From an uncultured Alphaproteobacteria bacterium (lineage in GTDB: Bacteria > Pseudomonadota > Alphaproteobacteria > RF32 > CAG-239), in the NCBI GenBank assembly GCA_944391415.1, contig CALXTM010000004.1:27783-91782 (forward strand): DNA of 64,000 bases. The letters run 5' to 3'. The position numbers and the translations under genes were made by a program. Positions within the stretch are counted from its first letter, which is position 1, and each line of letters starts with the position of its first letter. The notes beneath the pieces are model-generated. The model was not told where the DNA came from. It saw only the letters and a program-made list of their open reading frames with translations, and ran no database searches. Shown one piece after another: positions 46,935 through 57,180 of the stretch.

Positions 46935-46997
46935 CCTAAATAAAATGTAGAATTTTGAAAAAAGTGTATTTTTTTATAATTTTTGTTAAATCTTTGG

Positions 46998-47025
46998 TTG
47001 ACACTAATAAATTTTGTCATATAAT
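46998..47025 (+). promoter_or_regulatory. consensus sigma70 promoter upstream of rpsM
   Basis: TTGACA (46998-47003), a 16-nt spacer, then TATAAT (47020-47025). Confidence 0.6.
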
Positions 47026-47094
47026 CCGGCTTAATTTTGAAAAGTGGTGATCAACTTTTTGAATGTGGTTTAATTTTAAAAATGGAGAGTTAAT

Positions 47095-47463
47095 TTGGCT
47101 CGTATAGCTGGTGTAAATATCCCAACCGCCAAGAAAATTGAAGTCGCGTTGACTTATATCTATGGCATTGGTAGGAAAACTGCTCAGGACATTTGCAAAA
47201 AATCCGGTGTTTCAGTAGATCGCCGTGTTCATGAGTTGAGCGAGGAAGAAATTGCAAAAATTCGTGATGTAATTGATAAAGACGTCGTTGTTGAAGGTGA
47301 ACTTCGTCGTGAGATTGGCGTTAATATCAAAAGATTGATGGATCTCGGTTGTTACAGAGGTTTGCGTCATCGTAAGGGTTTGCCCGTAAGAGGTCAGAGT
47401 ACTAAGCAAAATGCTAGAACTCGTAAGGGTAAACGTAAAACTGTCGCAAACAAAAAGAAATAA
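47095..47463 (+). CDS. rpsM: 30S ribosomal protein S13
   Basis: (M)ARIAGVNIP... is the uS13 signature. TTG start at 47095 with RBS GGAGAG at 47082-47087. Confidence 0.9.
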   Translation: MARIAGVNIPTAKKIEVALTYIYGIGRKTAQDICKKSGVSVDRRVHELSEEEIAKIRDVIDKDVVVEGELRREIGVNIKRLMDLGCYRGLRHRKGLPVRGQSTKQNARTRKGKRKTVANKKK

Positions 47464-47476
47464 GGTGATGTAAAAA

Positions 47477-47869
47477 ATGGCAAAAGCAGTATCACAACGT
47501 GTTAAAAGAAAAGAAAAGAAGAATATTACGGCAGGCGTTGCCCATATAAATTCTACTTTCAATAATACCAGAGTTACCATTACGGATGCTCAAGGAAATA
47601 CGGTTGCTTGGTCTACGGCCGGAGCTCAGGGTTTTAAGGGGTCTAGAAAATCTACTCCTTATGCTGCCCAGGTTGCTGCAGAAGAAGCCGGTAAAAAAGC
47701 TCAGGAACATGGTATGAAAACCCTCGAGGTAGAAGTTAAAGGACCGGGGTCAGGAAGAGAGTCTGCCATCAGAGCATTGCAGGTGGTTGGTTTTACCATC
47801 ACGACAATTCGTGATGTGACACCAATTCCGCACAATGGATGCAGATTGAGAAAAAGACGTCGCGTATAA
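47477..47869 (+). CDS. rpsK: 30S ribosomal protein S11
   Basis: uS11 family ([11 protein letters not shown]-terminal [11 protein letters not shown]). Confidence 0.9.
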   Translation: MAKAVSQRVKRKEKKNITAGVAHINSTFNNTRVTITDAQGNTVAWSTAGAQGFKGSRKSTPYAAQVAAEEAGKKAQEHGMKTLEVEVKGPGSGRESAIRALQVVGFTITTIRDVTPIPHNGCRLRKRRRV

Positions 47870-47881
47870 TTTATGTTTTGT

Positions 47882-47914
47882 GAAGATTGCGGATATTCGG
47901 ATTCCGCAATCTTC
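47882..47914 (+). promoter_or_regulatory. strong 12-bp stem-loop between rpsK and rpoA
   Basis: GAAGATTGCGGA tattcggat TCCGCAATCTTC with no downstream T-run. Likely an RNA processing or stability element. Confidence 0.5.
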
Positions 47915-47967
47915 AAGTGAATTTATTAAATTTTAGCATATGCAATAAAACTTTAGAGGGCATTCCA

Positions 47968-48978
47968 GTGATTCAGAAAAATTGGCAAGATCTTATTAAA
48001 CCGACTAACTTAAATATTACGGCTTTGGAAGGAGCCAATAAAGCTAAGATAGTCGTTGAGCCTTTGGAAAGAGGGTTCGGTTTGACTTTGGGTAACGCGC
48101 TTCGTCGCGTATTGTTGTCTTCATTGCAGGGCGGAGCTGTTACAAGCATTAAAATTGACGGAGTGTTGCATGAGTTTTCGGTTATTCCTGGTGTTAGAGA
48201 GGATGTAACCGATATCGTCTTGAATGTTAAATGCTTGGCTGTGGCCGTGCATAATGAAAATGCAAAAAATATGACTTTGAAGGCTGAAGGACCATGCACT
48301 GTTACGGCATCAATGATCGAAACAGGACATGATGTTGAAATTATGAACCCTGATTTGGTTATTTGCAATTTGGATGCAGGGGCAAAGCTCAACATGGAAA
48401 TAACTGTCGGTGTTGGTAAGGGATATGTTCCGGCAGCAATGAACAAAACTGCTGATACTCCGATTGGGGTTATTCCGGTTGATGCAATTTATTCTCCGGT
48501 AAGAAAGGTTTCTTACAAGGTCGAGAATACTCGTGTCGGGCAGGCTACTGACTATGATAAGTTGACCATGGTGGTTGAAACCAATGGCGTAGTTACTCCG
48601 GAGGACGCTGTTGCCTATGCAGCGAGAATTCTGCAAGATCAGTTGAAGCCGTTTATTAATTTTGACGAGCCAGAGGCTGAGGCAGAATCTGTTAAGGAAG
48701 AGTTGCCGTTTAACCGTAATCTCCTGAAGAAAGTTGATGAACTTGAATTGTCGGTTCGTTCGGCTAACTGTTTGAAAAATGACAATATCGTTTATATCGG
48801 CGATTTGGTTCAAAAGACCGAGGCTGAAATGTTGCGTACTCCTAACTTTGGTCGTAAGTCGTTGAATGAAATCAAGGAAGTGTTAGCTAAGATGGGAATT
48901 CATCTTGGTATGGATACTCCGGGTTGGCCGCCAGAGAATATTGAAGAATTGATCCGTCGTTGTGACGAAACATTTTAA
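47968..48978 (+). CDS. rpoA: DNA-directed RNA polymerase subunit alpha
   Basis: GTG start at 47968 gives (M)[11 protein letters not shown], the canonical RpoA N-terminus. NTD and CTD are present. Confidence 0.9.
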   Translation: MIQKNWQDLIKPTNLNITALEGANKAKIVVEPLERGFGLTLGNALRRVLLSSLQGGAVTSIKIDGVLHEFSVIPGVREDVTDIVLNVKCLAVAVHNENAKNMTLKAEGPCTVTASMIETGHDVEIMNPDLVICNLDAGAKLNMEITVGVGKGYVPAAMNKTADTPIGVIPVDAIYSPVRKVSYKVENTRVGQATDYDKLTMVVETNGVVTPEDAVAYAARILQDQLKPFINFDEPEAEAESVKEELPFNRNLLKKVDELELSVRSANCLKNDNIVYIGDLVQKTEAEMLRTPNFGRKSLNEIKEVLAKMGIHLGMDTPGWPPENIEELIRRCDETF

Positions 48979-48981
48979 TTA

Positions 48982-49011
48982 AAAAGCCCCGCCAATGGAC
49001 GGGGCTTTTTT
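48982..49011 (+). terminator. intrinsic terminator after rpoA
   Basis: AAAGCCCCG ccaatgga CGGGGCTTT followed by TTT. Confidence 0.75.
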
Positions 49012-49223
49012 GAGAGCTGATTTTTTTGGCCTTTGCAAGATAAAAGCAAAAATAAAATTAACTTTTTAAAACCAAAATCAAATTTAAGCCGCTTTTTTTG
49101 ACCATAGAGCCAAAACTGCGGTTTTTTTATGGGTATAAACAACAAAAAAAAGTGGCTGTAAATTTAAAAAATTGCTATGATTTGGACAGTTTTTAATTGC
49201 AGTATAAAAAGAGGAAAATTAAA

Positions 49224-52019
49224 GTGGTAGAAGAAAGTAATTTGGTAGAAAGCAGGCAGGATATTTCGCCGGTCGAAATATCGGATGAAATGCGCAGATC
49301 GTATCTTGATTATGCGATGAGTGTTATTGTATCACGCGCGTTGCCCGATGTCAGAGACGGCTTGAAGCCGGTGCATCGTCGTATCATCTATTCAGCCTAT
49401 GAAAACGGCTATGACTATAATCGTCCGTTCAGAAAATCAGCACGTATCGTCGGTGATGTTTTAGGTAAATATCACCCACATGGTGATAGCTCGGTTTATG
49501 ATGCAATGGTTAGATTGGCACAGCCTTTCTCAATGAGGGTTCCTTTGATTGACGGACAGGGCAACTTTGGTTCGATGGATGGCGATAGTGCCGCTGCCAT
49601 GCGTTATACCGAGGCAAGGCTTGCCAAAGTAGCGCATGCGTTGATTGATGATATTGACAAAGATACTGTCGATTTTATGCCAAACTACGATGAAAGTTTG
49701 CAAGAGCCGGTGGTGTTGCCGGCCAGATATCCAAACCTTTTGGTTAATGGTACCAATGGTATTGCGGTTGGTATGGCGACCAATATTCCGCCGCATAATT
49801 TGGGCGAGGTTTGTGACGCTTGCTGCGCCTATATTGACAACCCGGATATTTCGATTGAGGACTTGATTAAGATTGTGCCGGGGCCTGATTTTCCGACCGG
49901 CGGTTTAATCCTTGGTTATTCGGGAGCAAAGGCAGCATATCTGACCGGACGTGGCTCGATTGTGATGAGGGCAAAATGCACAATTGAGGAAATCCATAAA
50001 GATAAAGAGGCAATTATTGTTCATGAAATTCCGTATCAGGTAAACAAGGCGGCAATGATACAGCGTATTGCCGAGCTGTTGAAAGAAAAGAAAATCGAAG
50101 GAATATCCGAAATCAGAGATGAGTCGGACAGGCAAGGTGTACGCGTGGTTATTGAGATTAAACGCGATTTTCAGGCTGATGTGGTTTTGAATCAGCTTTA
50201 TAAATATACACCGCTGCAGACCAGCTTTGGTATGAATATGTTGGCCATTTATAACGGGCGGCCGATGCTTTTGAACCTAAAAGACATTATCAAAGCGTTT
50301 ATTGAGTTTAGGGAAGAGGTTATTCGCCGCAGAACGATATTTGAGCTTAATAAAGCGCGCGATCGGGCGCACACATTGGTTGGTTTGGCAATTGCGGTGG
50401 AAAATATTGATCCGGTTATTGATTTAATCAGGACATCGCCATCGCCGCAAGAGGCTAAAGATGCTTTGCTTGCTAAGGCTTGGCCGGCGGGCGAGGTTGA
50501 GGCGTTGGTCAAACTTATTGATGAGCCAGACAGAAAGGTTGAAAACGGAACCTATCGATTGTCGGAAAACCAGGCTAAGGCAATTTTGGATTTGAAATTG
50601 CAACGCTTGACCGGACTTGAACGCGATAAAATTCATGAGGAATTAATCGGTTTGGGCGAGGAAATAAAAGAGTGTTTGTCTATTTTGAGCTCACGCGAAA
50701 AATTGTATGGTATCATGAGAGATGAATTGGTTGCCATCAAAGATGAATATGCTAATCCGCGGCGCTCAAAGATTGAAGATATCGAGTATGATACAGACGT
50801 AGAATCACTTATCCAACGCGAGGAAATGGTTGTTACGGTTACCGAGGCCGGGTATATCAAACGTGTACCATTGAATGCATATAAGGCACAGAAACGCGGC
50901 GGTAAGGGCAAGTCTGGCATGGCAACCAAAGATGAGGATTTTGTAACCCGCTTGTTTGTGGCATCAACTCATACGCCGGTGTTATTCTTCTCCTCAAAAG
51001 GGCTGGTCTATAAGATGAAGGTCTATAAACTGCCATTGGGCTCGCCGACATCTAAGGGCAAACCGTTTATTAATTTGTTGCCGCTGGATAATGGTGAGAC
51101 GATTACCACCATTATGAAACTGCCTGAGAATGAGGCAGAGTGCAAAGATTTGTCAATCATGTTTGCAACCTTATCGGGCAATGTTCGTCGCAACTCGTTG
51201 ATGGATTTTGTTAATGTTCAATCAAACGGTAAAATTGCCATGAAGCTGGACGAGGGCGATAAGCTGATTAATGTTCGAATTTGCAATGAAGATGAAGATG
51301 TTTTGTTGGCGGCCAAGAGCGGAAAATGTATTCGCTTCCCTGTGACCGAGGTTAGGGTCTTTGTCGGACGCAACTCTACCGGTGTAAGAGGAATTAAGCT
51401 GGCGGAAGGTGATGAGGTGGTTTCGATGTCGATCTTGAACCACTCGGAGGCAACGGCTGAAGAGCGTGATGAATACTTGCGTATATCATCGGCTTTGAAA
51501 CGAAGTGAAAACGAAAATGTTAAGTTTGCCGATGTGGCCGGTGATACGATTTTGTCGGAAGAAAAATTCTTAGCGATGAAAGAAAAAGAGCAGTTTATTC
51601 TCTCGGTAACCTCAACCGGATATGGTAAACGTTCGTCTTCTTATGAATATCGTGTTACGGGGCGTGGCGGGCAAGGTATTGCCAATATGGAAATGTCGGC
51701 ACGCAACAAGGAAATCGTTAGCTCGTTCCCAATTGAAGATGATAACCAAATTATGATGGTTACCGATGCCGGAAAACTTATCAGAATGCCGGTTGAGGAT
51801 ATCAGAATTGCCGGACGTAAAACCCAAGGAGTAATTTTGTTCCGCACGGCAGATAATGAAAAAGTTGTTTCGGTTACCAAATTGGAGGCTGATGCTGAAG
51901 ATGAAGAAGAGTTGGAATCAGAAGAAGGAACAGAGGTCTTGGGTAATAATGTTCCGGAATTTGATGAGACCGAAGAAGTAGTCGAAGAGCCAGAGGTTGG
52001 CCCCGAAGACGAAGAATAG
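49224..52019 (+). CDS. gyrA: DNA gyrase subunit A
   Basis: GTG start at 49224 with RBS AAGAGGAAA. Active-site region AMRYTEARL and beta-pinwheel repeats are present, with an acidic C-terminal tail. Confidence 0.9.
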   Translation: MVEESNLVESRQDISPVEISDEMRRSYLDYAMSVIVSRALPDVRDGLKPVHRRIIYSAYENGYDYNRPFRKSARIVGDVLGKYHPHGDSSVYDAMVRLAQPFSMRVPLIDGQGNFGSMDGDSAAAMRYTEARLAKVAHALIDDIDKDTVDFMPNYDESLQEPVVLPARYPNLLVNGTNGIAVGMATNIPPHNLGEVCDACCAYIDNPDISIEDLIKIVPGPDFPTGGLILGYSGAKAAYLTGRGSIVMRAKCTIEEIHKDKEAIIVHEIPYQVNKAAMIQRIAELLKEKKIEGISEIRDESDRQGVRVVIEIKRDFQADVVLNQLYKYTPLQTSFGMNMLAIYNGRPMLLNLKDIIKAFIEFREEVIRRRTIFELNKARDRAHTLVGLAIAVENIDPVIDLIRTSPSPQEAKDALLAKAWPAGEVEALVKLIDEPDRKVENGTYRLSENQAKAILDLKLQRLTGLERDKIHEELIGLGEEIKECLSILSSREKLYGIMRDELVAIKDEYANPRRSKIEDIEYDTDVESLIQREEMVVTVTEAGYIKRVPLNAYKAQKRGGKGKSGMATKDEDFVTRLFVASTHTPVLFFSSKGLVYKMKVYKLPLGSPTSKGKPFINLLPLDNGETITTIMKLPENEAECKDLSIMFATLSGNVRRNSLMDFVNVQSNGKIAMKLDEGDKLINVRICNEDEDVLLAAKSGKCIRFPVTEVRVFVGRNSTGVRGIKLAEGDEVVSMSILNHSEATAEERDEYLRISSALKRSENENVKFADVAGDTILSEEKFLAMKEKEQFILSVTSTGYGKRSSSYEYRVTGRGGQGIANMEMSARNKEIVSSFPIEDDNQIMMVTDAGKLIRMPVEDIRIAGRKTQGVILFRTADNEKVVSVTKLEADAEDEEELESEEGTEVLGNNVPEFDETEEVVEEPEVGPEDEE

Positions 52020-52031
52020 TATTATAAATGT

Positions 52032-52064
52032 AAGGCGGTACGGTTGATAGTGCCGCCTTTGTTT
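52032..52064 (+). terminator. intrinsic terminator/attenuator after gyrA
   Basis: AAGGCGG...CCGCCTT stem followed by TGTTTG. Confidence 0.5.
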
Positions 52065-52079
52065 GATTGGAGAGGAATA

Positions 52080-52415
52080 ATGCCGTTTCTTACCATAAAA
52101 ACCAATGCCGCAAAAGCTAATGATAAATTGGCCGAAAAAGCTGCTGATATATTGTCGCAGGTTTTACAAAAACCGTTGAAAGTTATTGCTGTTAGTGTGG
52201 AATATAATAAGCAGATGGCGTTTGACGGAAGTGAGGGAAAAATAGGTGCATGGATTGAGCTGGCATCTATCGGGTTTAAGGATAAAGCAAAAACAGTGCA
52301 GGTTTTGACGGATTGGGCGGTTGATAATTTGGGCGCAGAAAAAGACCTGGTTTGTATAAGACTGGATGATTTGAACAAAACCAATGTCGCCCATGGCGGT
52401 TGTTTGTTGGGGTGA
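52080..52415 (+). CDS. macrophage migration inhibitory factor (MIF)/tautomerase-family protein
   Basis: MPFLTIKTN...LKVIAVSVEY...QMAFDGSEG...IGAWIELASIG parallels the MIF N-terminal Pro-1, beta-alpha-beta and MAFGGS blocks. RBS GGAGAGGAA. Confidence 0.6.
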   Translation: MPFLTIKTNAAKANDKLAEKAADILSQVLQKPLKVIAVSVEYNKQMAFDGSEGKIGAWIELASIGFKDKAKTVQVLTDWAVDNLGAEKDLVCIRLDDLNKTNVAHGGCLLG

Positions 52416-52416
52416 G

Positions 52417-52495
52417 GCTCCCTTCGGTCGCTGTTCTCATTAAGGCAGGCAAAAGCCAATAAAAAAACCACCGCTTAGGGTGGAAAATATAAGGA
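52417..52495. repeat. copy 1 of duplicated ~75-nt element (GGCTCCCTTCGGTCGC ... CAAAAGCCAA-An-hairpin)
   Basis: It starts 2 nt after the MIF stop and ends in CCACCgcttagGGTGG, preceded by A7. Confidence 0.55.
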
Positions 52496-52591
52496 TGGCT
52501 GCCAGATTGGGTACTCCCGCAAGCGGGTCCTCCTCGTGTCGTAAGGTTCGCACGGCATAAATTTGTGCTCACCAACTATCCACTCCAAACA

Positions 52592-52674
52592 GGCTCCCTT
52601 CGGTCGCCGCTTGAAACAGATAGCCAAAAGCCAAAAAAATCCCACCATTAAGGTGGGATTTTTTTTGGCTCCGG
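52592..52674. repeat. copy 2 of duplicated ~75-nt element with bidirectional terminator
   Basis: Same 16-mer GGCTCCCTTCGGTCGC, then CAAAAGCCAA-A7-TCCCACCattaAGGTGGGA-T8, immediately 3' of tRNA-Asn. Confidence 0.55.
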
Positions 52675-52740
52675 CTGCCTGATTCGAACAGGCGACCGAT
52701 CGGTTAACAGCCGATTGCTCTACCGCTGAGCTAAGCCGGA
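52666..52740 (-). tRNA. tRNA-Asn (anticodon GTT)
   Basis: Reverse complement UCCGGCUUAGCUCAGCGGUAGAGCAAUCGGCUGUUAACCGAUCGGUCGCCUGUUCGAAUCAGGCAGCCGGAGCCA folds as a cloverleaf with a 7-bp acceptor, GTT anticodon and encoded CCA. Confidence 0.8.
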
Positions 52741-52760
52741 ATAATACGGTAAAACACTTT

Positions 52761-52835
52761 TGGAGGCCGGTACCGGAATTGAACCGATGTACAAGGATTT
52801 GCAGTCCTCTGCATGAGCCACTCTGCCAACCGGCC
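52761..52835 (-). tRNA. tRNA-Cys (anticodon GCA)
   Basis: Reverse complement GGCCGGUUGGCAGAGUGGCUCAUGCAGAGGACUGCAAAUCCUUGUACAUCGGUUCAAUUCCGGUACCGGCCUCCA has acceptor GGCCGGU/ACCGGCC, anticodon loop CUGCAAA and encoded CCA. Confidence 0.8.
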
Positions 52836-52867
52836 AATCTTAATACCGTTCTCTCAATCGGTGTCTC

Positions 52868-52897
52868 TATATATACAGAAAAATTTTCCTCAGTCAA
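52868..52897 (-). promoter_or_regulatory. sigma70-like promoter for tRNA-Cys/tRNA-Asn
   Basis: On the minus strand: TTGACT, a 16-nt spacer, then TATATA, about 30 nt upstream of the tRNA-Cys 5' end. Confidence 0.45.
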
Positions 52898-52972
52898 TAT
52901 ATTTTTTTAAAAAAAAGTTTTTTTATCACAAATTTGTTATATGATGGCAAAAGTTATAAATAAAAAAGGAGA

Positions 52973-53407
52973 ATGATGATGCAAATTGCTATCGGCGCGG
53001 ATCATGGCGGTTTTGAATTAAAAGAATTTTTGAAAGCGTATTATAAAGAAAAAGGCTTGGAACTGATTGATTTGGGGACATATTCCGAGGAATCGTGCGA
53101 TTATCCGCTGATAGCAGATAAAATGGCTGAGGAAATATTAACTAAAAAAGCTGATATGGGAATTCTGATTTGCGGTACGGGAATCGGAATTTCAATTGCG
53201 GCAAATCGGCATAAAGGAATTAGAGCCGCAATATTGTATAATGATAAAGTGGCAGCATTGGCCAGAGAACACAATGATGCAAATGTGGCGGTGTTTGGAG
53301 CCAGAACACAAGATAAAAACGATGTTGTTAAATATTTGGATATATTTTTGAAAACACCCTTTTCAAACGGTGAAAGACATTGTAGAAGAATTGCCGAATT
53401 GGGGTAG
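52973..53407 (+). CDS. rpiB: ribose-5-phosphate isomerase B
   Basis: [13 protein letters not shown]...ICGTGIG... matches the RpiB/LacAB family. Confidence 0.85.
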   Translation: MMMQIAIGADHGGFELKEFLKAYYKEKGLELIDLGTYSEESCDYPLIADKMAEEILTKKADMGILICGTGIGISIAANRHKGIRAAILYNDKVAALAREHNDANVAVFGARTQDKNDVVKYLDIFLKTPFSNGERHCRRIAELG

Positions 53408-53424
53408 ATATAAGGAGTGAGCAG

Positions 53425-54684
53425 ATGATGGATTTTAGAGAGAATTTGCAGACAGAAGATAAAGAAATTTATGAACTGATACAAAAAGAACTTAAACGCC
53501 AACAAGAACAGATAGAATTGATTGCATCAGAAAATATTGTATCTAAAGCTGTGTTGGAAGCTCAAGGTTCTATCTTGACCAATAAATATGCCGAAGGGTA
53601 TCCAAAGAAAAGATATTATCACGGGTGTGAATTTGTTGATGAAATAGAAACATTGGCAATCGAGAGGGCAAAAAAATTGTTTGATGCTAAGTTTGCCAAT
53701 GTTCAACCCCACTCAGGATCTCAGGCTAATACAGCGGTATATTTGGCTTTGTTGCAGCCGTTTGATACCATACTTGGAATGGGGCTTGATGCCGGGGGAC
53801 ATTTAACTCATGGTGCAAAAGTTTCAATATCCGGTAAATGGTTGAAATCAATTGCTTATGGTGTGGATAAACAAACCGGATTGATTGATTATGACGAAGT
53901 GGAAAAATTGGCCAAAGAATATAAGCCTAAATTGATTATTGCCGGAGGTTCGGCCTATCCAAGGCAAATTGATTTTGCAAATTTTAGAAAAATTGCCGAT
54001 GAGGTTGGGGCCTATTTGATGGTCGATATGGCACATTTTGCCGGGCTTGTTGCCGGAGGGGTGCACCCGAATCCGCTAAAGTGGGCCGATGTCGTCACCA
54101 CAACCACACACAAGACTTTGCGTGGCCCAAGAGGCGGTATGATTTTGACCAATAATGAAGATTTGGCTAAAAAAATTAACTCGGCCATTTTCCCAGGTAC
54201 GCAGGGTGGTCCTTTGGAACACGTGATTGCGGCCAAGGCGGTTTGCTTTAAGGAGGATCTGAGCGATGAATTTAAGGCCTATGCCAAACAGGTAGTAAAA
54301 AATGCTTTTGTATTGGGTGAAACATTGAAAAAAAGAGGCCTTAATTTGGTGTCTGGCGGAACCGATACACATTTGTTGTTGGTTGATTTGCGCCCAAAAA
54401 ACGTAACAGGCGATGTAGTGGCAGAGGTACTGGACAAGGCGCATATTACCTGCAACAAAAACGCCATTCCGTTTGATCCGATGCCGCCCAAGATTACCTC
54501 AGGTATCAGGGTCGGAACGCCAGCCGGAACCACAAGGGGATTTGGTGAAAAAGAGTTTGAGAAAATTGGGAATATGATTGCCGATGTGATTGAGGCGGTT
54601 GGCTCTGAAAATGAAGGTAAGGTAATTGAAGAAACTGCCTGCAAGGCAATCGAGCTGTGTAATAAATTTCCAATTTATCGCTAG
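53425..54684 (+). CDS. glyA: serine hydroxymethyltransferase
   Basis: 419 aa with the PLP site [13 protein letters not shown] and SHMT N-terminal blocks. Confidence 0.95.
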   Translation: MMDFRENLQTEDKEIYELIQKELKRQQEQIELIASENIVSKAVLEAQGSILTNKYAEGYPKKRYYHGCEFVDEIETLAIERAKKLFDAKFANVQPHSGSQANTAVYLALLQPFDTILGMGLDAGGHLTHGAKVSISGKWLKSIAYGVDKQTGLIDYDEVEKLAKEYKPKLIIAGGSAYPRQIDFANFRKIADEVGAYLMVDMAHFAGLVAGGVHPNPLKWADVVTTTTHKTLRGPRGGMILTNNEDLAKKINSAIFPGTQGGPLEHVIAAKAVCFKEDLSDEFKAYAKQVVKNAFVLGETLKKRGLNLVSGGTDTHLLLVDLRPKNVTGDVVAEVLDKAHITCNKNAIPFDPMPPKITSGIRVGTPAGTTRGFGEKEFEKIGNMIADVIEAVGSENEGKVIEETACKAIELCNKFPIYR

Positions 54685-54749
54685 TAGCTGAGGCGGGATG
54701 AAATAAAAGACGCAAACTTTTATTATAAAAGTTTGCGTCTTTTGGTTTT

Positions 54750-55226
54750 CTACCTATTGGATGGATAATAGTTATCAGATATGCTGCGGCATATCGGAAA
54801 ACCATCCATAATTTTGGATTTCTCCAGCAATGTCTCAAGTTCGTGGGGAAAAACATATAGCTGAAGTGATCCATTGGCAGTGCGCCATTTGTACCCTCGG
54901 TCGAACTTTTCAAGGTAAAAAGTTCTTGACGGTGTTTCAAAGATATAAAAATCTGACGTGGTGACAAAAAGAAAGTCGCCATTATGGGCGTAAAAATCTT
55001 TTTCTCCCGAAACGGAGTAGCCCACCAGTTGACGATAACCAACATAGACCGTGTCATAGACATAGTCGTTCAGAACTTTCTTTGTCCTGGGGTTATAGAG
55101 TTGGTAGCCGTCACCATCTTTGGCATCAATGAGACACAAAGGTGTGGGGCCGTTGAGAAAGTACATCTTGGGACGGCAAGAAGCCAATAAAAGCATTGCC
55201 ATAAAGATAATTAAAAATTTTTTCAT
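54750..55226 (-). CDS. hypothetical lipoprotein
   Basis: 158 aa with signal peptide plus lipobox (LLLASC); Tyr-rich, no family recognised. Confidence 0.5.
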   Translation of the reverse strand: MKKFLIIFMAMLLLASCRPKMYFLNGPTPLCLIDAKDGDGYQLYNPRTKKVLNDYVYDTVYVGYRQLVGYSVSGEKDFYAHNGDFLFVTTSDFYIFETPSRTFYLEKFDRGYKWRTANGSLQLYVFPHELETLLEKSKIMDGFPICRSISDNYYPSNR

Positions 55227-55381
55227 AATGTAATATTTTTAATGTTAATAATATTTTGTTATGTTGTCGAAAATAGTATATTTTTGTCTAAAAAGCAAGG
55301 GAAATATATGTAATGTTTTAAATAAAATATTTAGTTTTTGTTGCTATCATTGCCGTCATAGTTTTAGCGAAAGGATGCAAA

Positions 55382-56704
55382 ATGCAAAAAATAAGCACAA
55401 AAACATTAGCAAAAATTTTGGATTATGGCAGAGAGATTGTTGATTGTGAGATTGATAGTGTGGTAACCGATAGCCGCAATATTAAACCGGGGGATGTGTT
55501 CGTTGCCATTAAAGGGGAGAAATTTGACGGACATGATTTTGTTAAAGAGGTGTTTGACAAAGGCGCGGTCTTGGCGGTGGTTGATCATTTGGTTGAAGGC
55601 GTTCCTGAGGAAAAACAAATTATAGTTCCAGACACTCTTAAAGCATATGGAAAAATAGGAGAATACAACCGCTCGAAATTTAGAGGAATGGTTATCGGCT
55701 TGACCGGAAGCGCCGGCAAAACCACAACCAAAGAAGAAATAAAGTTTGTATTGTCTGCGTTTGGCAGGGTATATGCCACGGAAGGAAATCATAATAATAA
55801 TATCGGCGTTCCGGCGACACTTTGTGATATGGACATGGAGGCTGATTTTGCCATAATCGAGATGGGTATGAGCGCAAAAGGCGAGATAGAAGAATTGACC
55901 CACTATGTGAAGCCTGATGTTGCCATTGTAACCAATGTTTATCCGATGCACATAGAGTTTTTTGAAAATTTTGAAGGAATTGCCGAGGCTAAAGCAGAAA
56001 TTTTCAAAGGCTTGAAAAAAGGTGGTGTAGCTATTATCAACGAAGATACTAATTTTGCCGATATTTTGGAAACAAGAGCCAAAGAAAACGGAGCTAAAAT
56101 TGTAAAATTTGGTAAAAATCATCATCCCGATGTTGTACTAAAATTGCAAGATGAAGAAGAGCATAATTTCTATAATGCCTGGTGTGTATTGACCTTGGTT
56201 AAGGAAATGGGACTTGATGTTGAGAAAGCAGCACAAAAATTGAGCGAATTCGGGGCTTTGCCAGGAAGGGGAGCTAAATATAAACTGCATTTGCCAAAAG
56301 GCGGCGAATATTTGTTGATTGACGATAGCTATTCAGGCCAGCCAGAGGCAATGAAAATTGCGATTAAAAGCTTGGATAAAATGCCGTGCCAAGGAAGAAA
56401 AATCGTTGTCTTGGGCAAAATGGCCGAACTTGGCTCAACTTCAAAAGCCAGACATGAGGAAATAGGCAAAGAAGTTGCAAAAAGCAATATCGATATTGTA
56501 ATCGGAGTTTGTGCGGAAATGCAGGATATGTTGGCGCAAGTGCCAGAGACCAAAGAGAAATATTATTTTGCCAATAAAGACGGGGTCGATGAGTTTTTGT
56601 TAAATAAGTGCTTGCAAAATAATGATATTGTCCTTATAAAAGGGGCAAGATATTCTTCAAAAATGTATATGGTTGCAGAAAACCTGATAGCAAAAGGAAA
56701 GTAA
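55382..56704 (+). CDS. murF: UDP-N-acetylmuramoyl-tripeptide--D-alanyl-D-alanine ligase
   Basis: P-loop [13 protein letters not shown] and the IDDSY motif typical of MurF. Confidence 0.8.
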   Translation: MQKISTKTLAKILDYGREIVDCEIDSVVTDSRNIKPGDVFVAIKGEKFDGHDFVKEVFDKGAVLAVVDHLVEGVPEEKQIIVPDTLKAYGKIGEYNRSKFRGMVIGLTGSAGKTTTKEEIKFVLSAFGRVYATEGNHNNNIGVPATLCDMDMEADFAIIEMGMSAKGEIEELTHYVKPDVAIVTNVYPMHIEFFENFEGIAEAKAEIFKGLKKGGVAIINEDTNFADILETRAKENGAKIVKFGKNHHPDVVLKLQDEEEHNFYNAWCVLTLVKEMGLDVEKAAQKLSEFGALPGRGAKYKLHLPKGGEYLLIDDSYSGQPEAMKIAIKSLDKMPCQGRKIVVLGKMAELGSTSKARHEEIGKEVAKSNIDIVIGVCAEMQDMLAQVPETKEKYYFANKDGVDEFLLNKCLQNNDIVLIKGARYSSKMYMVAENLIAKGK

Positions 56705-56706
56705 AA

Positions 56707-57180
56707 ATGAAGTGCCCGTTCTGCGGTTGCAACGAAACACAGGTAAAAGATTCAAGAGAAACCGATGATGCGACGGCCATTCGTCGGCGCAGAGAATGCC
56801 CCGAATGCGGACAGCGGTTTACAACTTTTGAAAGAATACAGTTGCGGGATTTGACCGTGGTTAAGAAAAACGGTGAAAAAGTTATGTTCGACCGCGATAA
56901 ATTGGCAAGGTCAATATATATCGCAGTGCGGAAACGTCCGATTGCTGCTGAAAGAGTGGAGAAAATAGTTAACTCTATTCAGCGGCGCTTGGAAAGTACC
57001 GGTGAAACCGAAGTAACCTCAACACAAATCGGAGAACTGGTTATGGAGGCGTTGGCAGCACTTGATCATGTGGCATATATAAGGTTTGCATCGGTTTACA
57101 GAGATTTTAGAGAACCAAAAGATTTTGAAGAGTTTTTGGAGACTTTGGAAAAAATGGCCAAGCCAAAAGGAGAAGAATAA
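56707..57180 (+). CDS. nrdR: transcriptional repressor NrdR
   Basis: MKCPFCG...DSRE...CPECGQRF is a Zn-ribbon followed by an ATP-cone. Confidence 0.9.
   Translation: MKCPFCGCNETQVKDSRETDDATAIRRRRECPECGQRFTTFERIQLRDLTVVKKNGEKVMFDRDKLARSIYIAVRKRPIAAERVEKIVNSIQRRLESTGETEVTSTQIGELVMEALAALDHVAYIRFASVYRDFREPKDFEEFLETLEKMAKPKGEE

Noticed and set aside
52276-52575. 99-aa minus-strand ORF spanning the region between the two repeat copies (also considered: tmRNA/SRP RNA/extra tRNA here)
   Set aside because: It has no RBS and spans terminator hairpins. I could not find a tmRNA tag frame (no Ala-resume plus ...AA-stop tag), the SRP RNA domain IV consensus, or a cloverleaf. It is left as unexplained noncoding sequence.
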